Positions 29,040 to 43,449 are shown, counted from the first letter of the stretch. The stretch: DNA of 64,000 nucleotides from Octopus vulgaris (GCA_951406725.2 OX597818.1:113832001-113896000), one strand, 5' to 3'. Notes: a model not told the origin generated them from the sequence alone. Made by a program: numbers and translations.

Positions 29040-29645
29040 CAGATTTGTATGTTTTATTTCTTGTGTTCTCAGGCATATACTTGCATATTTAGACATGCTT
29101 ATATATATTTAGATAAACTTCTAGAATGTCTTACAGCTTTTTACAGTTCCAGTGATAGCTTGGGTCTGTTGTATTCGAATCAGCCTTCTCTTTTCTGGTT
29201 TTGAGAAGCCTAATTTCTCAAGATTGATTTTTAGGCAGTGTGTTACATATCCCAGGGCCCTAATAATTACAGGTATAAACTTAAACTTGTAATCTGGATA
29301 GAGTAATTACAGATTTCTCATTAGTTCAGCGTAGGTATTTTCTTTTTTACTGATCATCAGGCTTATGTTAATATCTACTGGGCAACTAATTTCCACAGTT
29401 ATAGACAGTTTCTCTTCTCACTCCCAAATCATTATCAGGTCTATTGTGTTTACATTTTATTGCAGTTTTCACTTGGACATTCCATCAGTACTTCTTTTTA
29501 TTATGAGTGGCTATGGCTTCTACCATACTGCGGGCTCTTATTTATTTGTCCTCGGGGTTATTTTCCCATCGGATTTCATTATAGAGTTTCCTAGCTACAA
29601 CATTATTTCTCATCGGTAGATAAAACCGTGGTGACAATATTCGGA
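29040..29645 (-). mobile_element. 3' fragment of an RLE-type (R4/Dong-like) non-LTR retrotransposon in (TATG)n
   Basis: Minus-strand translation, with stops, shows NVVARKLYNEI, KCKHNRPD, VEISCPVD, KKENTYAEL and IPVIIRALG, i.e. the restriction-like endonuclease region. Confidence 0.75.
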
Positions 29646-30440
29646 CAACTGTTTATGATGTGGATGATACTATATGTGTATGTATGTATGTATGTATGTA
29701 TGTATGTATGTATGTATGTATGTATGTATGTGTGTGTGTATGTATGTATGTATGTATGTATGTATGTATGTATGTATTTATGTATGATTGTATGTATGTA
29801 TGTATGTATGTATGTATGTATGTATGTATGTATGTATGTATGTGAAAACGTATGCATCTATTTTTACTTCACTTTAGTGCATTAGTGTGTCTGGCACGCG
29901 CAACAGGATTTTGTTTTTCTTAAAACATTTGTCTTTATAAACTGTGCTTAAAACCCACAATGAACTGAAATTCTTTGTGACATTGACCGCAGCTTGAATA
30001 AATTTGACTACCCTATCCAGTAGGTCGGCCGACTGTAGGAATGGGCAACCTTTATCGAGAAGTGAGCCTAATAAGAGCTCTTTATCTAGCAGGCCGAACT
30101 ACTAAAAAAAAATTCATGATAATTTTTCATCAGGTGTACCATATTTTTCCATAACTGACTTTGAGTTCTCATCGTTTGATCGAATGCAACAATAGTCAGT
30201 GTGTCAGAGGCAAGTCATCAATTCGCTGCGAATTATTATGTACCGCTTAACATTTTAAGTGCTAACGATTCTGCCAGCTCGCCACCTTAATAATAATAAC
30301 AACGACATCAACAACAACAACAACAATAATAATAATTATAATAACAATAATAGTAATAATACTAGTAAAAATAAGAGCATCACAACAAACCACAGCACAT
30401 ACCCGGTAGTGCAGTGAAAGCACGTGAAAAAATAAGACTA

Positions 30441-30542
<102 letters not shown>

Positions 30543-30544
30543 GA

Positions 30545-31405
30545 AAAGCTTAAAGAGGAAAAGAACATAAAAAAGAAACAGCATGGAAAGAGAAAAAAGT
30601 GTACGGTCATTTAGCAAGAGATGTGAACGCAAAAACAGATAAAGAAGACTAATGGCTATGGATGAGTAGGAGTAACCTAAAGATAAAGACAAAAGCACTT
30701 ATATGCGCAGCACAAGAACAAGCGTTAAAGACTAACTATGTGAAATGCAGACTCGACAACACTACCGACTACGACAAATGCAGAGGGTGAAACGGTGTGA
30801 CACATCATTAGCGAATAGATGAAATTGGCACAACGCGAATACAAAAGACATGACAATATAGAAAGAATGATCCATTGGGAGCTCTGGAAATTACAGCCAA
30901 CAAGGAGCAAAGACGTGGCATGAGAAAACTCCAGAACGAGTCACTGAGAATGAAAGTTGCAAAATCCTGTAGGATGTAATGATTCAGTGCGATCACCTTA
31001 ACAGATATCGGAAATCAAACATTGTTATGGTGAATACAAAAGAAAAAACTTGCATGATCATCGACAACAGTGACAACAGAATAAAAGAGAAAAGCGGAAA
31101 AACTGAACAACAACGACGATTTGAAGTGGAAAATGCGAAGGTTGTGGTTAATGAAGAGAGTAGCCGTGATACTAATAATGAGCCCTCTTGGAAGTATCAG
31201 TATTCAACTACCAACATGACTCAAAAAGATTGGTACAAATGTAAGGATAGAACACCTACAAAACTCAGCTTTGCTTGGAACTGCAAGACTTTTTTGCAGG
31301 TTCTTGAAGCATGACCAGTAAACAAGAATCACCTTAGTCTGCTGGTTGTGGACAGCTGACACTTTCCATCATACTCAGAAAAATAAGCTGAGAGTTTTCA
31401 TCAAA
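30545..31405 (+). mobile_element. 3' fragment of an R4/Dong-like non-LTR retrotransposon in (TAA)n
   Basis: ALICAAQEQALKTNYVK, ETV*HIISE, LAQREYKRHDNI..MIHWEL, ENESCKIL*DVMIQCDH and KTCMIID motifs. Flanked by (AAT)n on the left and AATAATAAT on the right. Confidence 0.8.
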
Positions 31406-33843
31406 TAATAATTTTATTATGTAGCAGAATTGTTAGCACAACGAACAGAATGCATAGCATCATTTTGTCCGTCTTTACGTTCTGAGATCAAATTCCGCCG
31501 AGGTCGACTTTGCCTTTCATTCTTCGGGGTCGATAAAATAAGTACCAGTCAAGTTCTGGGGTCAATGTAATCGACTTCCCCGAAATTCCAGACCTTGTCT
31601 CTATAGTAGAAAGGATTATTATTATTTGCTGCTGACACATTCATACGTAAAAATAATATCGCTCCGATAATTCTCAATGTTCTCCGCGTGTAATTAGAGA
31701 AATTAATCTTTATTTTGGATATTATTTCAAACAAAGATTTTTATTGAACATTTTGGAAGTCCACTACCTACAGAGGATAACCAGTAGACTGGGTTTTATT
31801 TTTACTTTTTTTTTAATAATTCCATTATTATTCCTCCGTATAAATGGTTTCACGTTACTGGGGAGTCACTCCAAAAGAGATTACACTGAACAAAATAGCT
31901 ACAAAATAGAAAGACAAGATTAATGTAGACACGAATTGTAGAAAATTGAAAAAATTAATGACATTTCAAAACCAAAAGCAGTATATAGAGGGAGTATGTT
32001 TGTTAATAATACTACACATATATGTACGGGGTTAAACGAAAGCATGGCGAGCATTGCAAGCGTACTTTCGTCAAGAAAACCCTATATATGAAATATTTTG
32101 CCGCGAGAAGCATTATATTCCCTAAATACTACCTGGTTTTCAAAGATAGGGACCAAACAAGAGTCAGTGTAAGCTAGCAGTGTTCTTCTTTAAAAAAAAG
32201 ACGAAAGAAAGAAAAATGCCCTACCCCAACAGAAAATAATTGTAAAAGGATTTATAAGAGGCAAGGGCCACGCCTCCCGCAAAGGTGAGGTGCTCTCCTA
32301 GGAGAAATTCATTAAAAAGGTATTTTCCTCTTGAAGACGTTGCCACCTCTGGCGAGGAAGAGTCCATGTACGTAAATTACATATTGTATAACGTCTTTCA
32401 CCCTTTTCTTCGTCTTTATATAACTTATCTGTCTTACGTATTTTTAAGTCTCTGTTTGGTGTACATTGTATCTGTTCGTTAGAGCGTCTGACAAAATGCC
32501 TGCGTGTATATATAAACGCTACTTTTGTGATTAAAGGAATCCGTCAACTGGTAATCAGTTCATAGATTGAATTTATCATGACTAAACAAATTTGTTGGTA
32601 GTGTGGAGGGATTGCTCAAACCATTCTGCACTGAAAATGGAAGTTGTCTCCCTTACTGTAAGAAAGAATTATCATTAACACTAATGATTTTTCCTTTCGT
32701 ACGTAGGTAATTTAAATTGATTAAACATTTTGGGAGGCTCACTACATTAAGTAGCACCTACTTAACTATATGTTCTTCACGCGGAAGTCACCTCTGGGAA
32801 ATTTTCCACGTAATTAATTTGATATACTTTGCCAGATTGTTTTATTTTCGCGCGCGCGTGTAATAGAGCAGACATTTTAGAGAAGTATAAAACGGTGGAA
32901 GTGTGGGACAAAATTATGAAATCAAGGTTAAATTTGAAGAGAAAGTCAAGATGATTGCTAAAAAAGTTTTGTTCATCACGTCGAGAAAAATAACTACTTT
33001 TGACTTTTAGCAAATACAACTTGTAGATATGCAACAGGAAAGTATGTTATTTTGTTAAAGTTGCGAAAAAGAGAAAAATAATCCGATGTATCGGATATCT
33101 GAGTCCTTTGTGTATTTGTTTATGCATTTGGTTTAGAAGATTCTTGATGGGAATCATATGTTGAAAAAATATTTTGGTATCTTGGTAGAGTCATTATATC
33201 AATAATAAGCACACGCACTGGTTCTACTTCATACATGTTATTATTGTTATTAGTTAATTATTTAATTATTTAACCAGTTAACTTGTTGATTTTTTATTAA
33301 TAGGTTAGGCAATCAATCAATCAACATGGCTTGTCAAATTCCACATCACAACCTCATAAAAGACATTCTCTCTCTACTCCATGTCTGTTTTAGGTATTCT
33401 TTACATATAAACTGCAGAAAATAGGATACGTTTGTATACTGTGAAGAGAAAATAATTATAACTTTTCAGATTCTATCCTTTATCGGAAAAATAAAGATTC
33501 AATGATTAATAAATATTGGAAAAAGTTATAGCGTACAGTTAAAAAAAGTTATGGAGTACTTCTGAATAAAAGAGCAAACGGTGGAAACATAAGTTCGAAA
33601 CTGTGAGATATCAGATATTGTCTGGAGTGTTACATTTATATTTAACTGCTATATTGAAAAATTCATCCTTTTTCTGTGATGTTTCAGTGAAAGATCTCCT
33701 GGTAGCACATCTGTGAAAAACATTCTAAATTTCCATAGAGGTATGTCTCTGAAACTTGTCACATAAATTCATTCAATATTCCGCTATGTCAAGTTATATA
33801 TAACCTTACATACATACATACACACATATAAAAACATACATAC

Positions 33844-33898
<55 letters not shown>

Positions 33899-34168
33899 TA
33901 TATATATACATATATACATATATATGTACACACATATATATACACACACGCACATACACACACACACACACATATATATATACACATATACATATATATA
34001 TATATGCCTGTGCGTGTGTGTGTGTGTGTGCGTGAGTGTTTGTGTACGTATGTATGTATTATGTATATGTATGCAATGTATGTACATATCTACAAATGCG
34101 TACAATCTTATATACATGTGTGCATACAGATTTATATATACACACACATATATTTATATATATACATA

Positions 34169-34205
<37 letters not shown>

Positions 34206-34370
34206 GGAGAAAATATTCAAAACTGAATATTTATATAGATATTATTATTATTAGTATCTGTGGTAAATATAAATAATTGCTAATAACAACAACAATAATA
34301 TAGGTGATTGCAGGCATTTTATATAATATATATATATATATATATACATACATATATATATAGATATACA

Positions 34371-34414
<44 letters not shown>

Positions 34415-34467
34415 CATATATATATAGATATACATTCATATATATATATATATATATGACAATTTAG

Positions 34468-34508
34468 CTAGGGATATTGAATATCCGAAGGATATTTAAT
34501 ATCCCTAG
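34468..34508. repeat. 41-bp near-perfect hairpin
   Basis: CTAGGGATATTGAATATCC-GAA-GGATATTTAATATCCCTAG. Confidence 0.8.
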
Positions 34509-34617
34509 GGGATATTAAATATCCAAAGAATTTACTGGTTTATATTACCTGTATCAATAACAATTTTTACTTCAATAGGTAAATAAAATAAACATACAGT
34601 TTATTAATATATAAATG

Positions 34618-34826
34618 TAAATCTGAAATGAAAAAACAAAACTAAGCAATAAATTGAACAATTATAAATTCAATTCAATTAAAATATTTTATACAAACAA
34701 ATGATACATCTCATAAATTACAGCTGTTTATGAGATGTATCATTTGTTTGCGCAAAATATTTAAATTGAATTGAATTAATAATTGTTCAATTTATTGTTT
34801 TGTTTTGTTTTTGCACTTCTGATTTA
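34618..34826. repeat. About 210-bp inverted repeat near the 5' end of the BMP/ADMP intron
   Basis: CAATAAATTGAACAATT...AAACAAATGATACATCTCATAAA / TTTATGAGATGTATCATTTGTTT...AATTGTTCAATTTATTG. Confidence 0.85.
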
Positions 34827-34876
34827 CAAACATATACAAATACATAGATACATAGATACATACACACATACATATG

Positions 34877-34942
<66 letters not shown>

Positions 34943-35188
34943 TTATATACATATACATATACATATATATATATATGCTTGTATGTATGTATGTATGTAT
35001 GTATGTATGTAGGTATGCATGTATGGATGGATGGATGGATATATGTATGTATGTATCAATACATATGCATGTATGTATGTGTGTGCATGTGTGCATGTAT
35101 GTGTTTGCATGTGTATGTGTGTGAGCACATGAAATCCCGTAAAAAATAACGTTGTATATTTGTTTATAAGAAAGTTATTGTCACTTAC

Positions 35189-35825
35189 CTCTGTCTGGGA
35201 AGCTACGTATAATATCCGCATTGTAAGGACTATTAGCCTTTGTCAGGCCTCCGCTGTCTGTAATGCTTTGATAAAGTTGAGTCATGTATTCAGGAGCGAT
35301 CATGTGCGGTGACACTTTGTCCGGTGACGGAAGTCGCCGAATACCGAACACACGTGATAAACGTTCGAGTGCATCCATGTTTGATTTTGATATATCTGGT
35401 GTCAATGATCGACGTTTACGAACGTGTGTCTCGTCTACCTTCTCCGATAAATCTTTGTCCCTGTAAGTAATATGATGATTATTTCCTTCATCTAACCCCT
35501 GGATACCATATAGAGCGTCCTTAGCAATTGGCCAGTGGTGAAATGAAGAGCTTCTTACTGTGTCTCTATTTAGCAGTGATGACCAAAGTGAATTTGAATT
35601 TGACACGGACACAAAACGATTGGATTTCAAGTGACGCGACAAAAGTGATGATGCTTCGATTGGGGTGTAAGTTTGCGAGATGCTGCGGGACGTGTTGTTG
35701 TTACGATACGTTGAATAATTTCTCGTCGTCGACCAAGCTGCAACAACCTGTACTGGCATGGCCATACTACTGCAAGCTGTCATAGCAATCAGCACTACCA
35801 GTATTACAAATCGAGGTGGGTACAT
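35189..35825 (-). CDS. ADMP: First coding exon of a TGF-beta/BMP-family ligand, most like ADMP (signal peptide plus N-terminal prodomain)
   Basis: ATG at 35825 begins a hydrophobic signal peptide (MYPPRFVILVVLIAMTACSSMAMP). The exon ends in the BMP prodomain block LERLSRVFGI...PEYMTQLYQSITDSGGLTKANSPYNADIIRSFPDR, which resembles the ADMP form as I recall it. A consensus donor AG|GTAAGT (intron starts 35188, phase 1) follows. BMP-family identity is strong; ADMP orthology is less certain without the mature domain. Confidence 0.8.
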
Positions 35826-36609
35826 TAGATATTGTGCTGTGAGGCAGCCGCTGTCTAACGATAATTGGCGGCCTCCTGTAGAAACGGTAGCAAAACTGTC
35901 TTGATGTTGATTTTCTCCTGAGTTTCCAGGTTGGGGAGAAGTTCTGTTGTATTGCTGACGGCAACCGTAAAAATGTACACAACAACACCCTGCGTTCTTG
36001 TAACGTGAAAGTGATAAGTGTTTGAAACCGGAAACAAAATAAGCCATGAAACATAACTGAGGAGGTGATGGGTAAAGCAAAGTAGAAACAATATCTGTTT
36101 TTCGTCTTCCTTTTCTTTCCCCAACTCTCTGGACGAACGATCTGTTAAAAGGATTCGGCTCCGGCCAATGCCAACCAGCCTCAAACAGCATTATTATCTT
36201 CTCTCCTCCTGACAGCTATTCATCTTATCTAGCAGAACCACTCTCACACGTTCACACATGCAGACAGTCAGACACCATAGATACATACCTGAGGACGATA
36301 ATTGTTCGTAGACTGAATGTTATACTAGTGTAATTTTGACTTGGTTCAAGATATAATATTATATAGGTAGACAAACAGACAAACAGAGACATAGACAGAC
36401 AGAAGAGGGGAAATGAGGGAGGAGTCAAATAAACAGAGAGAAAGATAGGGAGTTGGAGGAAAATTATACGGCTAGTTCTATGACGGAGAGGCGGAGATAT
36501 AAAGACAGACTAAAGGTAGGAATGTATAACAGACAGATAGATCGATAGACAGACAGATTATCAGACAGAAAAAAGACAGACAAGCAGACTGACAGACAGA
36601 CAGACAGAC

Positions 36610-36610
<1 letters not shown>

Positions 36611-36700
<90 letters not shown>
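36611..36700. repeat. (GATA)n microsatellite with GACA-rich flank upstream of the BMP/ADMP exon
   Basis: Direct reading. Confidence 0.95.
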
Positions 36701-36701
<1 letters not shown>

Positions 36702-38034
36702 TTATATGTTTTTATGGAAATAAATTATTTGAATTATTTTCATTTTTTTTTTTTTTTAGATGGGAAAACTAGAAAACTAAACTAGAAAGATGTCACCGAA
36801 CTGTAAATAAAGATTATCCGTATATCAGAAATAAAGCAAATATTGTTCTTTCTTCATATTTCCCCCCTTTTCTTCGTTTTGTTTGTTTTTGTTTTATTTT
36901 CTTTCGCTTTTGTCTTGTTTTCTTTTCTTTTTTCGTTTCCGTTGTTATTTATTTATCTATTTATTTTTATCTTCTATATTCCTCAGTAAATTATTCAACT
37001 TTGTTTACTGTTCTGTTCGGTGGGTTTGCGACGAAAAATTTACACCCCTGTTGTTCGTCTCAAGTTAAGTAGGTAGTATTAAAATAACTTAGCTACTTAC
37101 CTTCCACTAATAGCAGTCGCCCGACCGGCTGGCTAGCTATAGCTGCCAAAATCCCCCCTCAAAAACCACCAAATACTTCCAGTTTGGATGAAGTTGAAGT
37201 ATATTTGGAGATGTGCTTTGAGAGGGACACGAAGATGTGACTGAAACTAAGCGAAGAGATGGCCACGGTTGTAACGAATAATTCTGATGGCAGGCCTTGC
37301 ACGATCAAATCAGAAATGATCTATGATTAAACAACAGTAACACACAAACACGCACACTCGCGCACACACGCATTCAAACAATAATATATACTCGGTCTGA
37401 TTCCACTCTTAAAAACTGGACATCGTTCTTCTTCTTCATTAGCCCTGCTGCTGTTACTGTTGTTTTTAATGTTGTACATGGTAATGATGACGATGACGAT
37501 TACAATGATGATATTCTTGCCATTGCTGACGTTGATGGTGGTGATGGTAGTGGTACTGAAATATTGTTGCTCTTATCGTTATTAGTAGTTATTATTCTTC
37601 GTTAGGTTCCTGTGTGTCTGTCAGACAGTCTACTGCTACTGCCGTTATTTCTCAAGTTAGTGTCGGCTGACTGGGCTAGTTTAATTTAAACGTTAAGTGC
37701 GTTTTTGTTTGTACATACGCAAGGAGAGCTGACAGCGGTATGGGGGTGACAAAACATCGGTTGCGGCATATAGTGAGGTTGTCCGATAGTTTATCGTAGT
37801 GCAAAATCTACCATCATGAATACATACTCCTTATTACATATGGTTATTACTGTCGGTCGATGAAATAAATACCAGTTGAGCATAGGGGGCGATGTAATCA
37901 ACTAACTTCTTTTCCAAAATTTCAGGCTTTGTACTTATAGCAGAAGGGATTATTACTATCGATCAATGAATTAATGGGTTGACATAATCGTTAGTAACCT
38001 CGAACACAATTCTTCGCAATGTTTCTCCTGGTTT

Positions 38035-38450
38035 AAAGCGGCGAACTGACGGAATCGTTACCGCAAAATGATCAGCGACATTTCGTCCGTCTTCACATTC
38101 TTAGTTCAAATGCCGCCGCGGTCGACTTTGCCTTTCATCCTTTCGGTGTCGATAAAATAAGTACCACTAGAAGACTGGGGTCGGTGTAATCGATTTAACA
38201 CCTCCTCGAAATTACTGGCCTTGTGCCAAACTTTGAAACCAATATTTCTCTCATTTAAGGTGGCGAGCTGGCAGAATCATTAGCACGCCGGGCAAAATGC
38301 TTAGCTGCATTTCGTCCGAGTTCAAATTCCACCGAGGTTGACTTTACCTTTCATCCTTTTGGGGACCATAAAATATGTACCAGTTCATCACAGGAGTCGA
38401 TGAAATACACGAACCTATTCCCAGACAAAAAATTCAGGGCTAAGGATTAT
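38035..38450 (+). mobile_element. Two tandem tRNA-derived CORE-like SINEs, family B
   Basis: GGCGAGCTGGCAGAATC..GAGTTCAAATTCC..GGTCGACTTTGCCTTTCATCCTTTCGG..GATAAAATAAGTACC. Other copies at about 5820-5970(-), 24095-24250(-), 31420-31620(+) and 52600-52760(+). Confidence 0.8.
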
Positions 38451-39470
38451 TATTACTCTCATTATATGAATTAGTGGATGATAGAATTGTTGGGCCCCCT
38501 CGGAGACAATTCTTTGCAGTATTTCTGTCGGTCCTTTTTGCTTAGAGTTCAAACCCAACTGAAGTTAACCTTGACTTTCTTATTTTAGGGGTAGATAAAA
38601 TACAGTACTAGTCATGTACTTGGATCGATATAATTAGTTAATACCTTCTGTAAATTGAACGTCATGTTCCTAATTTGAATGTTATCATTTTGTCCAGAAA
38701 TACAACGATGAAGGATGATATGCTTGTGCATATACTTGTATATACATACATAAGTATATACATAGATACATACATACATACATACATACATACATTGTGG
38801 CTGCCCCCTCGTTATCGAGTATGGCCGTTGCACGAAGCTTAATCAATGTTGTTATCGTGCAATGCCTGTGCAAGATTTTTTTTAAAGTGAGGAAAGGCTG
38901 TGCACTGAGTCAATCCCACTCACTAAGCAACAGCAGCCATAATCCGAAAAGAAGAACAAGTCAACATCATCGGTAACCACTGAGCCGCAGGTTTTATGTC
39001 GGAGTTATCCCAGTTACCTGAGTTACCTTCTCCTAGAGGGATGCCCTAACAAAGCCTAGGAGTCCTTCACTCCCAATGGTTTAACCGCGCGATCGGGTAT
39101 TCAGTCCGATTATTTCTATGTCCCCGCGCATGATACGTCCTTAAGACTCTCAAGAGTTCCTCCGCCCTTTGACGGGTTTTGTTTTTCATCCCGCAGGGTG
39201 TCCAATAAACACCCTCCTCACCAAGCAAGCTTGGTGGGGTTGCCGGTTTAGTCGCCGACGACCGGAACCATGCAACAGGTTGTACTGGGTTACATGTTAC
39301 CAGTAGCACTAGAAAGTGACCTGACACATACATACATACATACATACATACATACATACATACATTAGAAAAACTGAATATGGGTGGATTTTCTGTGGAA
39401 AAATTATCAGAAAAATACAAGGATGAAGGATGTTACGTGTGTGCATATGCTGCATGTATGTAAGGTTATG

Positions 39471-39558
<88 letters not shown>

Positions 39559-39654
39559 CATATATATATACATATATATTTATATATAAAGAAATAAAAG
39601 AGTAAAATAATGAAAGAATACATACATACGTATATATATATATTCATATATATG

Positions 39655-40060
39655 CTCTTTTACTCTTTTACTTGTTTCAGTCATTTGACTGCGGCCATGC
39701 TGGATCACCACCTTTAGTCGAGCAAATCGACCCCGGGACTTATTCTTTGTAAGCCCAGTACTTATCCTATCGGTCTCTTTTGCCGAACCGCTAAGTGATG
39801 GGGACGTAAACACACCAGCATCGGTTGTCAAGCAATGCTAGGGGGACAAACACAGACACACAAACATATACAGACACATTTATATATATATACATATATA
39901 CGACAGGCTTCTTTCAATTTCCGTCTCCCAAATCCACTCACAAGGCATAGGTCGGCCCGGGGCTATAGCAAAAGACACTTGCCCAAGATGCCACGCAGTG
40001 GGACTGAACCTGGAACCATGTGGTTGGTTAGCAAGCTACTTACCACACAGCCACTCCTAC
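39655..40060 (-). mobile_element. tRNA-derived SINE, family A
   Basis: Near-complete reverse complement of the 20789-21250 copy. Confidence 0.9.
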
Positions 40061-40188
<128 letters not shown>

Positions 40189-40189
40189 A

Positions 40190-40392
40190 AAAATGGGACA
40201 AGAACGCAAAACATCCGGGCAACTAAGTGATACAAGAAGGGACAAAAACATCCAGATAGACGATACAAAAGAAACACGGACGGGTCATTCGAAGCCTTTT
40301 ATCTTCAGTCAAATACCGGATCATCTTCGCAATTTCGGCTGATTAATCTTGAGATTGCTCCAATCTGGCCAGCACCAAGGAAAAACTAAGCA
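40190..40392 (-). repeat. Dispersed repeat family Y (second copy about 45230-45600) with separated GAAA and CTGAAGA motifs
   Basis: Both copies share GGTCATTCG..TCTTCAGTC..GCAATTTCGGCT..GAGATTG.TCCAATC..GGAAAAACTAAGC. The 45.2-kb copy carries the same TTGGAAA.GGATGCGT.GCGTTC.ATC tail as family X. Confidence 0.7.
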
Positions 40393-40474
40393 TGTATGTA
40401 TATGTATATATATATACTTTATTAAAAAGCAGCAGAAATATCACAAAAACTGTTACTCAGAGTTTCATGTTCCC

Positions 40475-40640
40475 ATACATACATACATACATACATACAT
40501 ACATACATACATACATACATACATACATACATACATACATACATACATACATACATACATACATACATACATACATACATACATACATACATACATACAT
40601 ACATACATACATACATACATACATACATACATACATACAT
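40475..40640. repeat. Long (ATAC)n microsatellite, representative of the many (TA)n, (TATG)n, (CA)n, (GATA)n, (AAT)n and (GTA)n tracts
   Basis: Direct reading. Such tracts generate most YI/CV/MYVC/HT 'ORFs' in the track. Confidence 0.97.
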
Positions 40641-41392
40641 GCTTGCATACGTACGTACATACATATATTGGAAAAACGGAATAGAGGGTGGCTTTTCTGT
40701 GGAAAAATTATCAGAAAAACACAATGATGAAGGATGTTACGTGTTTATATATGCTGTATGTATATAAGTATATGTATGTATAGCTGTGGGCGTGTGTGCG
40801 CGCGTACATACATACATACATATATATATATTGGAAAAACTGAATAGAGATGGCTTTTCTGTGGAAAAATTATTTAAAACGCTATCTCTATTCATCTTTT
40901 CAACTACTTAATTCTATATCAGAGACTTTCTGTTTTTAATTATGTAATTATGTATGTATGTATGTATGTATGTATGTATGTATGCATGCATGTATGCATG
41001 CTACTATGCAAGGAGAGAACTGGTCGAAGTGACGAGTAAAGTACGAGTATATGATACTCACACACATACATCTATAGATATATATGCATTTATATACACA
41101 TATGTACATATATATATATGTAAGTATATAAATGTGTATATATATCTATGTGTATATATGTATTTGTGCAAAAGAAAATACAAGATGATCAGTTAATTAT
41201 TATTTTGTTCGACATATTCTCCTCTCAGATTCCCACAAATATTGCAGCGGTCCTTCATTTTATGTGCCTGTAAAAGAACTCGGAAGTTTGGGGCGTCCAA
41301 CCAGGCCTTTCACGATACCTTTAAAGCCAGGAACTTTTCAGCACCTACTTGTATATGTACGTATTCCTGTGTATATATATATATATATATAT

Positions 41393-41455
<63 letters not shown>

Positions 41456-41523
41456 CACACATATATATATACGTACATACATGCATACATACACGCACAC
41501 ATATATATGTATGTATGTATGTA

Positions 41524-41555
<32 letters not shown>

Positions 41556-41704
41556 AAACCAAGAAAAACAACAACGCAAGGACGTGGCACATGCAAAGTA
41601 TTAAAAGACGGTCAGGGAAGGACTGTCCGATAAACAGTAACGTGAAACACAGAATAACAGTTTGTGAAGATTATTGCAGCTTTAATAAAGTAGAATATAT
41701 ATAT

Positions 41705-42039
41705 TCTCTTTTACTCTTTTACTTGTTTCGCCTTTCGTCGAGCAACTCGACCCCGGGACTTATTCCTTTTGTAAGCCCAGTACTTATTCTATCGGTCTCT
41801 TTTTGCCGAACCGCTAAGTGACAACCAGCATCGGTTGTCAAGCAATGCTAGGGGAACAAACACAGACACACATACATATATATATATATATACGACAGGC
41901 TTCTTTCAGTTTCCGTCTACCAAATCCACTCACAAGGCATTGGTCGGCCCGGGGCTATAGCAGATGCCACGCAGTGGGACTGAACCCGGAACCATGTGGT
42001 TGGTTAGCAAGCTACTTACCACACAGCCACTCCTGCGCC

Positions 42040-42040
<1 letters not shown>
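41705..42040 (-). mobile_element. tRNA-derived SINE, family A (internally deleted)
   Basis: Reverse complement of the family A head, body and tail. Confidence 0.85.
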
Positions 42041-42088
<48 letters not shown>

Positions 42089-43039
42089 AGAGAGAGAAAG
42101 ATCATCATAATCATTTTACGTTCGATTTCCATGCTGGCATGGATTGACCTGGTCGTTACTGTTTTGGGGTTTAACTGCCCTCCTAGGAGTGAGCAAGAAG
42201 CCATGTCTCTCACGTTCGTTTTCTTTTTAGCCTGGTGTCTGTCTACAGTTGGATGCCCTTCTTCACAACAGTCACTTTACAAAGTGTACTAGTTCATTTT
42301 TCCCTCGCACCAACACTGGAGATGTTGTCTTTCCCTCGATAATACAAGACAACAGTGTCGTCTTAATTTTTTTTATGTCCCCTTTCGTTTGCGCTGTGCT
42401 ACATAATCGCGACACCAAAACATTTGAGGATGCTTTATACGCATCTCCTCACTGTTCTATGTTCTCTCTATTCACTGAAGGTAACATTAAAGTAGGAAGA
42501 AGAAAGAGCTAATGCAAAATGTGAACTATTGTTTACAGGGAAAGAAGACGGACATTAGCTGAAAAGGAAGACAAAATGGGACAAATATTGTTGGACGAGT
42601 AATGAGTAATAAAGAAAGAAGGGAAAAAAATGAAGATTATAAAGTAGTGGCAGAGTGTAAATTACATTGCGGCCAGCGGTAGTGAAGGTTGAGGTAATGC
42701 TAGATAAAGAAGAGCTAAGGATAAGGGAGCGATAGATGTAAATGAGAGTGTGATCTAAGGCGTGGTCATAACAATCATCACTCATCATAATACTGCGTTA
42801 GAACATGCATCATAACTATCGATATCATTGGATACCGATAGTTATGTCTCCCCACACAACATCATAATTCGGAGAGATAAAAGAAGGAGGAGTATCGAGA
42901 TACAGAGATAAGGGGGGTTTAGTATGCTCAGATTGAATATTTTCCACCTAATTTGCGAGTGACATCGTACAGTGAATAGGATATGCTTATATTTCTAATT
43001 TCGTATGTATATTCTCTTATGTATATGTATGCAAGTGTA

Positions 43040-43097
<58 letters not shown>

Positions 43098-43449
43098 GAA
43101 GCGCACAATTTTTCTTTTATTTATTTGTTTATGTATTTGCTTATTGAACGACATAACGGGCGAACTATTTGAACATTTTGTTCAACATTCTAGGAAAATG
43201 TAATTTTTTAATCAGCTATATAAACCTACAGAGCTTCGGCTTGTATCTAGTTTGATAAGTGCCAACGCACAAATCTCTCGGCCCTTTAGTCACTCCGTTG
43301 CTTCTGCTAAATAAACATAAAAAATACGTATGCTCATATTTTGACTTTTATTTTTTACCTGTTCGCATCACTATACCTATACAGTTATGTTGTATACTAT
43401 AAACTATATATACACACACACACTCTCTCTCTCACACACACACACAATC

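Noticed and set aside
36260-36610. Cluster of CAGAC Smad-binding elements upstream of the BMP gene
   Set aside because: Explained by a degenerate (GACA)n/(GATA)n microsatellite. No GRCGNC-N5-GTCTG silencer was spotted.
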